A stretch of 64,000 bases of DNA from Minutocellus sp. GHC0000111 (lineage: Eukaryota). Position 1 is the first letter of the stretch. Every line of letters begins with the position of its first letter. Shown in pieces: positions 11,477-21,333 of this stretch. A program made the translations under genes and the position numbers. Below the pieces are notes generated by a model that saw nothing but the letters and a program-made list of their open reading frames with translations, had not been told where the DNA came from and did no database searches. Location: NCBI GenBank assembly GCA_977018835.1, contig OZ361258.1, positions 744,001 through 808,000 on the forward strand, read 5' to 3'.

Positions 11477-12601
11477 GTTGACGATGGGATCGTTAGTGTC
11501 GATGGTTCAAGAGGTTGTGGATCCAACTCTCTAAAAGTATATGGACTCTGAATTTGGGTGCTGGTTTTGTGATGCTTTTGTGTTGACTTTGTGGCGAGGT
11601 TGCCGCGTGCTACATGTATGTACGAGTAGAAGTCATGCTGCATGCCGCACAACGAATGCAATCTAAAATTCCTATATGCGACTAACCCAATGCGAACTTT
11701 TGTTCGGCCGCATAGACCTGTTTTTCTATGGACATGTCCCAAAGACAAAATGAAGGAATGCCGCGCTCTCTATCTGTGCAGGATCGGATCGCAGGTCTTG
11801 TGTGGGTTGGCATGCTGGCAATAAAAATCAGGCTGATCCAAGACGTTCCTCGCGTGAAGAACAGACGACAAAGCGGAAAAAGCGCCTTTTGAGGGCGCTC
11901 CCGGTCATTTTCACGCCACGCCGGAGCGTTATGTGCCAAGTCAAAAAGAAGGAACTTCTGGCTTGAGCTTTCTGGTCTGAGGCAAACCACGAGTAGTCTC
12001 GCAGCCGTGAACCAAAGTGTACGGCTAATAAAAAATCCGGCATTTTGACAAATCACTGCAATGTTCCTGAAGTTTAGATCTAGTCTACATCAGCACTGCA
12101 ACGATCAAAATTGAATGAATGAATGAATGAATGTGTGCTGGAGGTGGTAACATGTCATGTTGTTTCAGTCCGTTCTCCTACTAGTACATGTAGTCTAGAT
12201 CTACCAATAAATGTATTGTGTCACAGATCTAGAATTTGCAGGTGCCTACATAGCTACCAGTAGGCACATACATGTAGACTCATACATATACATGTATAGG
12301 AATTCCTATAGATCTATAATGAATTCCTTTCATCTCAATCTCCTCAAGATGCAACAGAATGGAGGTGATACATATCGCTTACATGAATAAGTAAAATCTA
12401 CGTAAACGTCTATCGAATTGTCATCTTGAAGAAATAAGATCATCAAAAGGTTTGAGGCAATCCACCGTGCAATTTTCATCTTTTTTACATGTAGATCTAT
12501 GTACATGTAGTCTACATGAATAATATATAGATCAATATAGCAAGGTCTAATTCTACATACACGTAATGAACGCTGCATGGCACGCACGAATGTAGATTCG
12601 T

Positions 12602-13261
12602 TTATGCCGCCTTTGTCGCAACAGAGTTTCGCCCCCAAGCGCTGAGGCGGCGTCGGCCTCTCCTCTTTTCCTTCGCTACTGCCTTTTGCTTTTCTCTCCA
12701 GTCTGGGTCGTATTGGATTAGGCCATCGATCTCAACGAAGCGGCCATCGAAGAATGGATGTGATTCTGTTGCAGCATATTTGCTGCCTTTTTCTTTCGTC
12801 GGCGAGACGGAATGATCCTTGAGGTCCTCTGATATTTCATCGTAGAAGTAACTCGAAGAATAGAGGTCATCATCGCCGTTGCGATCTTGCTCGCTTCTGA
12901 TCTCTTCGGGAACATATTTGACATGTGGTGCTTTACATGTATAAGCATCAGATGCAGAGGGCAGCTCTTTCTGATCGGCGCTCGCAATAACGGCGTCTTT
13001 GACCTCTTCCTGCAGGTTTAGTGACATGGACATGTTCTTGAAGAAGAGCTGGATTTTATGGATCCCAAATCCTTCTTCTTCCATGAAGGATTGCTCTTTG
13101 GACAAAGTAATTCCACTCGTCAGTTGTACGAGCGAACACGGCGTGTATGGCGAGGATGCAGGTTGAGGTTGGGAGAATATCCGACGGATCGATGCCGCTG
13201 GAGAAAGATGCGATGCATCATCATCACTCGCGAAGCTATTGCGGACAATGCAGCTGTTCAT
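12602..13261 (-). CDS. Orphan protein, family B copy 2
   Basis: Paralog of 10835-11476; the C-terminal ~55 aa are nearly identical. Confidence 0.8.
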   Translation of the reverse strand: MNSCIVRNSFASDDDASHLSPAASIRRIFSQPQPASSPYTPCSLVQLTSGITLSKEQSFMEEEGFGIHKIQLFFKNMSMSLNLQEEVKDAVIASADQKELPSASDAYTCKAPHVKYVPEEIRSEQDRNGDDDLYSSSYFYDEISEDLKDHSVSPTKEKGSKYAATESHPFFDGRFVEIDGLIQYDPDWREKQKAVAKEKRRGRRRLSAWGRNSVATKAA

Positions 13262-13926
13262 GATCGATGTTTTCCGTGCTAGCTAGTTTTGATGAGAAGT
13301 CAAGATGTTTTGTGTTGGCTCGTGGAAGCAAATCGGCAATTTGACTATGTGTATTCTTGTATTGGCTGTCTGCACCAATATGCCGCTACGAGTAAAGTCA
13401 TACTACTTACGAGTACCGGAATGCCAGAGCAATTTGGTGCCTAAATGTGCCTTCGGGCAGACGGGGAGTCGTTGGGATTTGTGGCCTCTTCATCAGGTTA
13501 CTACGTGGTAGTCAGAAATGCGCCCTCCAAGAGCCTGTTTTTGAACGGAGAGTCGCGAGTCATTTTCGGCCTTTTTCTCGTGTCACCATGTTTCCACGTG
13601 CAATTATTCCGCATTTTGTGATGCATTTTTTGATGCGCGCAAGCTAAGCAAGCCGTACACGAGTACCCGCCGCAGCCCAAAGTTCCGGAAGTGTGAGGTT
13701 TATGCGCCTGAGCAGCTTTCACAAGGTCACAAGCTCTACACACAAGTTTCTCCGTTCTAATGGCGGCCGAATGTCATTACATGTACACAATACAACCAAA
13801 TGAAAAATCCACTCAACTAGATCTACTGCGGCTACTGCGTGTCAAAGAATAAAAAGAAGCAACAACAACAAGAAAAGAATTGCAAGCCCACAGTCACATC
13901 CTCTCATCCATCCGCCCCCAAGCACA

Positions 13927-14187
13927 ATGGTCTATCCGCGCGGCCCCGTATCGCATGAGCGTCACCCTATGGTCATATTCCAAGAATGGGAGGCAATGGG
14001 ATTGTTCGACATCGTCTCCGAAGAGAAGCCAAAAGTCGATTGTGCCATTATTATTTCCGCCATGAATTCAACGCCCATGGCGGCACATAAGGCAACAACA
14101 AGGCCAACCAAGCTTTCGACTCCACCACCAGAAAATATCTCGAAAGACATCAAACATCGAGTGTCCTACGTGAGCAAGGCCGCTTGA
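13927..14187 (+). CDS. Orphan small protein, family A copy 2
   Basis: MVYPRGPVSHERHPMVIFQEWEAMGLFD...HRVSYVSKAA, paralog of 9821-10333. Confidence 0.7.
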   Translation: MVYPRGPVSHERHPMVIFQEWEAMGLFDIVSEEKPKVDCAIIISAMNSTPMAAHKATTRPTKLSTPPPENISKDIKHRVSYVSKAA

Positions 14188-14415
14188 AAAAGGAAAATTG
14201 AATACTGCATGCGCACTGCAGGGTGATTTGCTAGAGAGTTATACGGTGGGAAAGAATTAATTAGTGCACTCTAGGAAACCTTACACGGCACGGCGATGAG
14301 ATATAACGCACTTCTGAGTCATAAAGTAGCCAAGGGCAGATTTGCAGATTCGATCTATTTTGTATTCTGTGCACTAGCATGGTACTGATATACCCTCAGC
14401 TAATTCAAAACCAAC

Positions 14416-16056
14416 TCAGCGTTTGATCTCCAGTTCCAACACAATAGGACAATGGTCGCTACCCTTCTGGTCGGGAATCATGTAGCTATCGCGAACCACG
14501 ACCTTGTTGTCTTTGGAATCCTTCAGCATATCCTTGCTGCAGATGAAATAGTCGAGTCGCAGTCCCTTGTTGGGCTCTCTGTTGCCGGCCCGCTGGCTCC
14601 AGTACGAGTAATGTCCCAGAGCCTCTTCGCCGTGCAGCTCGCGGAAGGCATCGACATAGCCAGCCTCTAGCTGTTGCTCGAATGAGGCTCGTTCCTGAGG
14701 GGTCGTACCGGCGCTCTTGACCAAGTGCTTCGCGCCTTCGTTCCACGTATCTGCCGCCTTGTGTGCTACATTGAGATCGCCGAGCCAAATGACCGGGCAC
14801 TTCCTCTCGGTCTCCTTGCTCTGCATATATTGCAGCAGATCCTTGTCCCACTCCTCGGTGCGATAATCCAGTCTGTCGAGCTTCTGGCCAGAGTTTGGAA
14901 CGTACAGATTTGTCATGGTGAAACCAGGGAATTCCAGCGTGATGGACCGGCCCTCCCCATCGTGCTTGGACTTGCCAATACCAAAGGATACCTCGGGAAT
15001 GAGATTCTTGGCATCCACCTTGCCAATGTTATTCATGTCACGGCCGCTTTCACCATCATTGTCGTTGACGTTGGTGCTGTCTCCCTTCTTGGTAGCACCG
15101 CATAAGAAGGACGACAGGTTGGCCTGTTTCTTGCTACCCTTACCATCACCAACATCCCTCTTCTTGATAAACACAGCCGTGCCGGAATATCCCTTCTTGG
15201 CAGTACTGCAGCTGTAGTGCGCTTCGTATCCCTCCTCCACCAGCAAGTGTCCACCGATCTTGAGCTTGGGATCGTCCACGTGCATCTCCTGCAGCTTGGT
15301 CTCCTGCAGGCATAGGACGTCGATGCCATGCTTTTGTTCCAAATCCGGCAGAGCCTCCGGGGTGTTCTTGAGGATGGCCCGGAGGCCGGCTACGTTCCAC
15401 GAGCAAATCTTGAGGGTGTAACTCCCGTCCTTGGCCGTGGCGGCGGCCCCGTCCCAAAGCTTGGCGATGGGTGTCCGCTTGGTCTGGCGCTGATGATCGG
15501 CGGCGGCCTTCTTCTTTTTCGGCTTGGGCTTGGTATCCTTGGTAGCCTTCTTCTTCTTGGCGGGGCTGGTGGCTGCAGCGGAGGCAGCATCGGCCTCGTC
15601 GGCGTCCGATGCGCCCGACTTGCGCTTGCTGGGAGGCATACTTGTAGTAGTAGCAGTAGTGCCCGTTGGAATTATAAGTGCTGCTTCGCCAGTACTCGTA
15701 GACAGATAGTGCGATTGCAACCTCTCGATGAGCTCTGCCTTGCGACCCCCGACCTTGAGGCCCAAATCTCGCAAGCGGTCCTTGAGCTCCGGCACACGCA
15801 GGGCGCTGAGGTCTTCTCCTTCTCCGTTGGCGGCAGAGGATGAGGACGAGGATGAGCTGGCAGCCCTACAAATTCGAGTACGAGTACCGGTAGTTCTAGT
15901 ACCTGTGATGAGTGCTGCTGGTCGGGCTGGAGGAATGAACGAGCTGCGATGCGCCAGGCGATTGAAAGAGGATACGCGGGGCTGAGCGAATGCGAATGCT
16001 GCTGATGCCGTGAGGAGGAACAACCTGACTGCACTGACGGATATCAACCGGAGCAT
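14416..16056 (-). CDS. AP endonuclease (ExoIII/APE1 family) with N-terminal SAP domain, ARP-like
   Basis: SAP motif LRVPELKDRLRDLGLKVGGRKAELIERL; EEP motifs SWNVAG, LQETK, GYSGTA, YVPNSG, GDLNVAH, RLDYF and SDHCP. N-terminal signal peptide ending AFA-F. Confidence 0.95.
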   Translation of the reverse strand: MLRLISVSAVRLFLLTASAAFAFAQPRVSSFNRLAHRSSFIPPARPAALITGTRTTGTRTRICRAASSSSSSSSAANGEGEDLSALRVPELKDRLRDLGLKVGGRKAELIERLQSHYLSTSTGEAALIIPTGTTATTTSMPPSKRKSGASDADEADAASAAATSPAKKKKATKDTKPKPKKKKAAADHQRQTKRTPIAKLWDGAAATAKDGSYTLKICSWNVAGLRAILKNTPEALPDLEQKHGIDVLCLQETKLQEMHVDDPKLKIGGHLLVEEGYEAHYSCSTAKKGYSGTAVFIKKRDVGDGKGSKKQANLSSFLCGATKKGDSTNVNDNDGESGRDMNNIGKVDAKNLIPEVSFGIGKSKHDGEGRSITLEFPGFTMTNLYVPNSGQKLDRLDYRTEEWDKDLLQYMQSKETERKCPVIWLGDLNVAHKAADTWNEGAKHLVKSAGTTPQERASFEQQLEAGYVDAFRELHGEEALGHYSYWSQRAGNREPNKGLRLDYFICSKDMLKDSKDNKVVVRDSYMIPDQKGSDHCPIVLELEIKR

Positions 16057-16269
16057 GACCTGCCGATGATGAATGAGGTGGTTTGCTGGAGGTGGCCTCG
16101 GAAGTATCATGACGTCACGTAGAAAAAGGAGGCTCGGCCTCGGCCGGCTCGCGATCTGCAGCGCTAGCGAGCGAGCGATCAGCCGCGGCCTGATGAAGTG
16201 TGAGAAAACAACGCCACAACCAAACCAGATACCCACCCAAACCCGAAGCGCAGAAACAAAAGTGCAACC

Positions 16270-17294
16270 ATGGCAGGATCGAAGCGCATGTCCCAGGAGG
16301 AGAAGAGGAAGACCATCCTCTCCATCTACCACAAGTCCAAGCAGTGAGTTGAGCTCTGAGCTGAGATGGGGGCCTCGTCGATTTTTTTGGCCGATGGCCG
16401 AAAATAAATAAATTTGAATGCAATTGAGAATGCAAGAATGATTGGAGCTGGCCGGGGTGTGCAATTGTTCTACTGCCGTTCCTCCGACGGGTGGTCGAAT
16501 GGGAGGTGATTCAGAACGTGTCTGCTGGAGTTTAGTCGGCTCCGTTGGGTTTGTGAATCGATCTTATCTTTGCACTGCGAGGTGGCCTTGACTTGACTTG
16601 CCTCCTGCCTCTGTGCTGACTGATTGGTCGGCCAGGCGTTCTTGAATAATAATATATTGCACAGCCGCACCGACTTTCACATCCTCACCGACCTTCTTCT
16701 CGACACCACCCTTCATTCCATCAAACAACTTACAGGGTCTACACCGAGAAGGAGATCGTCGCCCTCTCGACCAAGGCCGGCGTCAACGGCAACACCTGCG
16801 CCGACGTCAACCAGGCCCTGGTAGACGACGGCCTCGTCGACAAGGCCAAGATCGGCGGGTCCAACTACTTCTGGTCCTTCCCCGGCAAGAAGGACCGCCT
16901 CCTCCAGCTCAAGCACGAGGAGAACCTCGCCACCATCGAGAAGATCGGCCCCGCCATCACCGAGGCCGAGACCAAGCTGGCCGACGCCAAGCGCGGTCGG
17001 GAGGAGGAGGGCGAGGCGCGCGCCAAAAAGCTCCGGAAGCTCGACACCCTCGCCAAGGAGACCAAGGCCGCCACCGAGGAGCTGGCCCGGCTCAAGGAGA
17101 ACGACCCCCAGGCCCTGGCCGACCTCGACCACGAGCTCAAGCTCGTGTACCAGGCCGCCGAGCGCTGGACCGACAACATCTTCAACTGCAAGTCGTACCT
17201 GACCAAGAAGCGCAGCATGTCCAGCAAGGAGGCCAACCGCCTCCTGGGCATCAGCGACGCCTTTGACTATCCCGAGATGCCCAAGATGAAGTAA
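16270..17294 (+). CDS. MND1: Meiotic nuclear division protein 1, 2 exons (16270-16343, 16736-17294), 210 aa
   Basis: Manual translation MAGSKRMSQEEKRKTILSIYHKSKQ|VYTEKEI...QALVDDGLVDKAKIGGSNYFWSFP...ERWTDNIF...FDYPE carries the Mnd1 hallmarks. Intron GTGAGT...TACAG restores the frame. Confidence 0.95.
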
Positions 17295-17626
17295 ATAATG
17301 AGGAGATAGACGGTGACGAGGAGGATAAGAGAAAGGGGAGGATGCAACGAACGGTAATGATGGCGGTGGCAGTAATGGTAATGTATGTATCGTGTACCGT
17401 TGGCACGGATGGGGAATCAACCCGTGTATTTTCGGTATCAACATCAACACCATCATCATCATCACCAACGCCCATACGGATTGATCTCGTGCAATGTGGT
17501 GGTCCGCTAGCATGGCGCAGGCGGACCTATCGACCACTAAATGCGCGCGCATATACGCATATACCCCTAAATGATATTGTAATGGAAGAAATATATCTTG
17601 TATGAGCCAAACCCCATCTCTCTAGT

Positions 17627-18634
17627 CTAATCTATATCGCTCAAGTCTTCTTCCTCATCGCTATCCCTCCTGGTGGCCCACGTCGACATCATACCACCAA
17701 ATTGGCTCCTCCCCTTTGGCGTACCGGCACTGCTTGTCCCCACTGCACGGCCAGCATCGTCCTCATATTCGCCTCCTTCATACTCGTAACTGCCCCGCTC
17801 TGGATCGTCCTCCAAGTCCGTCTCCAAAACTCCCAATTGGGCCAGCCGCCACTCCACCCGATCGGTCGTGATGCCATGTCCACCAAACTCCTCCACCCCG
17901 ATCATCTGACGCTGCAACCTCCCATCCCGATAGCAGAACATGGTGGGCAAATTGTGCGGCGGCCACTGCTCATTGGCCGCGCTGGCGGCAATGCTGACGA
18001 ACTTGACGCGAGGGAAACGACGGGCCAATTCCGATGCCGCCCGCTCCACCATCTCGCAGGCATCGACGTGACGGGCCGATATGGTGGCCGCGCTGGAGCC
18101 TCTGGTCAGATTGATGACCACCCACTGCCCATCGCGGGAGGCCTCGTTGACTTCCCGCGTCCAGTCCGTTCGGGATATGTGCAGGACGTCCCCGTAGCGC
18201 GACTTGTCCTGCAGTTCTCGCAGACGCATCTTGCGGTACTTTGCCAAGAATTCATCGTCGTCTTCGTCGTCATCATCATCATGGTTTCCGTTGCTGCCAA
18301 TATTATGCGCTTGATCATATTCATCATCATCTTCGTCCTCGGTATTACTGTCACTACCACTTCTTCTTCGTCTTGCTTTCCTCCTCTTCCCTCCCTTGAG
18401 TTCCTCACTAGCACCACCACCATCGGCAACCCCTTCCCCATACTTGTGATCATGGGCCAGCCGCCGCGCTTCCTCCGCCGAGGCACCCTTGGCCATCATG
18501 GCCTGCTCGAAGGTGATGATGTCCCGTTTCATCAGCTCATCGTCGAACTGAGTGGTGGAAGTCGTGTATTCGTACTCGGGCCGGTCGAGGCTGTACGAGA
18601 TCTTGTTTCCACCTCCTGCTCCCGACGATGCCAT
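17627..18634 (-). CDS. Phosducin-like protein (PhLP2/PDCL3 type)
   Basis: TTQFDDELMKRDI, FLAKYRKMRLREL, YGDVLHISRTDWTREVNEAS, RFPRVKFVSI and WPPHNLPTMFCY. Confidence 0.9.
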   Translation of the reverse strand: MASSGAGGGNKISYSLDRPEYEYTTSTTQFDDELMKRDIITFEQAMMAKGASAEEARRLAHDHKYGEGVADGGGASEELKGGKRRKARRRRSGSDSNTEDEDDDEYDQAHNIGSNGNHDDDDDEDDDEFLAKYRKMRLRELQDKSRYGDVLHISRTDWTREVNEASRDGQWVVINLTRGSSAATISARHVDACEMVERAASELARRFPRVKFVSIAASAANEQWPPHNLPTMFCYRDGRLQRQMIGVEEFGGHGITTDRVEWRLAQLGVLETDLEDDPERGSYEYEGGEYEDDAGRAVGTSSAGTPKGRSQFGGMMSTWATRRDSDEEEDLSDID

Positions 18635-19088
18635 GCTGTTTTGACTGTATGGTGTACATGTAAGAGCGATGGCCGAAGGAGAAGGCAGTCCATTGTGGGG
18701 CTGGCACGGCGGGCAGCCACTCGAATTCAGCATGCCTCCGGGTGCCAAGCTGGCTGGCGCAAACCGCCACGGCACACGCCACCGCACAAACCAGACGGAG
18801 CAGTCAATGCGCACCGATGCCCCATCCATCTTGCGTCGAGAGTCTTACTGCTCTCATCTGCTCCGTGCAATTCCGATTCATCTGCATTTAGTTGTAAGGA
18901 AGTCAGGGTCGCCTGGGTCATTCTTTGTCTGACTTGTATCTGCAGGCAGGCGTTGCGGCACCAGCTCAAAAGCCAGCACATAAAACATTTGGCCCCAACC
19001 CCGGAAACAAACAAATACTTCGTAGGCAGCATTGCATTGCCGCCGCGTGGACCATCTGCTTTCCTCACCAAGCAACATATAATAAAAG

Positions 19089-20372
19089 ATGAGGAACCAT
19101 GGGTTCGAAAAGCCCTACAATACGATGCAGGTGGCAACGTGGATCCTGCTCCCGGTGCTCATTGCGCACTTTCTCCTCTTTGCCTCCCCGGTCCTGCCCC
19201 TCGCCGCGTCGATACCCGTCACGATCCTGTTCGTCGGACTGGGCTGCCTGGCGGCCTACTACGCCTACCGCACGTGCATGACGGATCCCATTGACGACAA
19301 GCTGGCGTGTCATTTGAAGAAGCAGATGGGGGAGGGAGGCAATGGCGAGGATGTGGAGAATGGCAATGGTAACAGCAATGACGACAACGGCGCTGACCCG
19401 ACCAAATACTGCTGGGTCTGCCAAACCAACGTCCACGAGCAGTCGATGCACTGCAAGTTCTGCGACAAGTGCGTCACGCGCTTTGATCATCACTGCATGT
19501 GGCTCAACACCTGCGTCGGCAGGGCCAACTACCCGTACTTTTACCGCACCGTCGTCTCCACCTTTGCCTTCGTCGCGGTCGATGCCGCGACGCTGCTGGG
19601 CATCGTCGTTGCCTACTTCGTCCAGGCCTACGGCGGTGGTGCCAATGGGGACGGCACCGGTGGACAAGTCGATCGGATGACCAATTGGTTCGGTGCCGGT
19701 GTGCCCATGGTGGTGGCCATAGTCAACATTGTTTTCTTCGTCATTACCTTTGGGTCGGTATCTCTCCTCGGACAACTATTCCTGTTTCACATCAATCTGC
19801 AAAGAGAGAAGATTACCACCTACGAATACATTATTCGGGAGAATCAGCGAAAGCGAGAAAAGAACAAGGATGCCATGGTAATTCGGAGTAAGCGGATGAT
19901 CATGACCCGCGCAGCAGATGCCAAGGGTGACAAAGCCACGGTATGCCGACTGCAGATGGGCCGGATATGCGTGCCATGCGATCCAGCTCGGAAAGCGGTG
20001 GAGGAAGATAAATGCCGGGAAGCTGCCGCCGAGGAAGCGAGGAGAAACAACCCACCCCCGGTGGCGTCGGTAGAGGAAATGAGCAGCAGTAGCAGTGACG
20101 ATGGTGAGGCTGATGAGGAAGCTGGGTTCAATCAAGAGGAAGAAGGTGAGGAGACGAAGGAGGAGAAGCACGATGCTTCGCCTTCAAGTGGAGACCAAGG
20201 AGAAGAATCCGTCGAGGAAGCAGCCAAGATACCACTCCAAGAAGCAATGGAGGCGAGGAAAAGTGAGATTGGATCGCCACCCGAAAAGACACAAGAAAAG
20301 CAACCTCAGTTTGTAACTGTCGGTGTCACGGAATGCACCCACCCTTCGGCCAATGATGATGATGGCCCTTGA
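19089..20372 (+). CDS. DHHC palmitoyl acyltransferase
   Basis: Cys-rich domain CWVC...HCKFCDKCVTRFDHHCMWLNTCVG, four TM segments and a TTYEY motif. Confidence 0.95.
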   Translation: MRNHGFEKPYNTMQVATWILLPVLIAHFLLFASPVLPLAASIPVTILFVGLGCLAAYYAYRTCMTDPIDDKLACHLKKQMGEGGNGEDVENGNGNSNDDNGADPTKYCWVCQTNVHEQSMHCKFCDKCVTRFDHHCMWLNTCVGRANYPYFYRTVVSTFAFVAVDAATLLGIVVAYFVQAYGGGANGDGTGGQVDRMTNWFGAGVPMVVAIVNIVFFVITFGSVSLLGQLFLFHINLQREKITTYEYIIRENQRKREKNKDAMVIRSKRMIMTRAADAKGDKATVCRLQMGRICVPCDPARKAVEEDKCREAAAEEARRNNPPPVASVEEMSSSSSDDGEADEEAGFNQEEEGEETKEEKHDASPSSGDQGEESVEEAAKIPLQEAMEARKSEIGSPPEKTQEKQPQFVTVGVTECTHPSANDDDGP

Positions 20373-21333
20373 CGAGGGAAGAAAAAATGAGAGATGAAAA
20401 TCGCAGGGTCGAGATTACTACTACTAGCTACACTGTAAAGCTCTTCTCTTCAATTGTTCTCGTTCATTGATTGCATAAGTCAACAAGCTGCAAAGCATAG
20501 CAAACAGTGGGCTTGCCACAGCCACAAAGTTGGATTTGGTGCTTTTGCTTGCTCTCAGTACGAGTTCGTACGTAACTCTACGTACGTCGGAGAGGGCACG
20601 GGACTTTTGAGCTTTTGAGGGCGCGGGACTTTCTGATGTGCTGGAACGGCTCATACGTTCATAGGGGAGTTCTTACGAAGAAGGTCAATGACATCAGAAA
20701 GAATCCAATCCAAATCTGTGTTCCCGCGCGGCATTCTCACAAACGCACGAGATGGCATCTCATTTTCGGACATTTCTACAGCAAAACCAACGCGCCCCAT
20801 AGCCCAAATCGAATTTGCCGCTGGCTGCGCCCCGGGCCCCCGCATACCACCAATTTTGACCCGCACGCGTGCGTGCCAATCTCAGCCTTGGCCGGTCAAT
20901 CTCTGGCGGTTCAGTATCTTCGAGACTCGGCTTGACTCGCCTGGGCGGCACGGAAAAAGAAGCACGTAGTACCTCTCGTCGTGTCTTTCAGTCTGCGGTC
21001 CCCGGCGCCTGCTGTCCTGTGACTGTGACCCTTGCCAGCGCCCAATTCTCCCCGGTCTGGGCTTGAACTACATTCCGCAGTGGCTCTAACTCGTACAGGG
21101 AACGATATATTAATCGTGTATTGTTGCGGTACGAGAAGAGAGTTGGTCTGCGGATAGCGGTAACTTTTCAAGTACACAAGGCCAGCACAAGGCCGGGCCC
21201 AAGAAAGAAGGCCGCACCTTTCCCCATCGCAGGATAGGACGAACGTCAGAGTCGAGTGCAAGTCTAAGTGGCCGCTCAGAACAGCAATTAATTGGATTCC
21301 AAGAAGACACTCTCCATTTCCAACGGATCAACC

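Noticed and set aside
16057..16464. N-terminal 136 aa of the 682-aa AP endonuclease ORF
   Set aside because: It begins at a non-ATG codon and overlaps MND1 exon 1 and the shared promoter. The signal-peptide ATG at 16056 is the better start.
17702..19294. 530-aa plus-strand ORF, and similar long antisense ORFs at 23945-25219, 26952-28223, 16713-17552 and 58923-60050
   Set aside because: These are shadow frames opposite well-supported GC3-rich genes and carry no motifs of their own.
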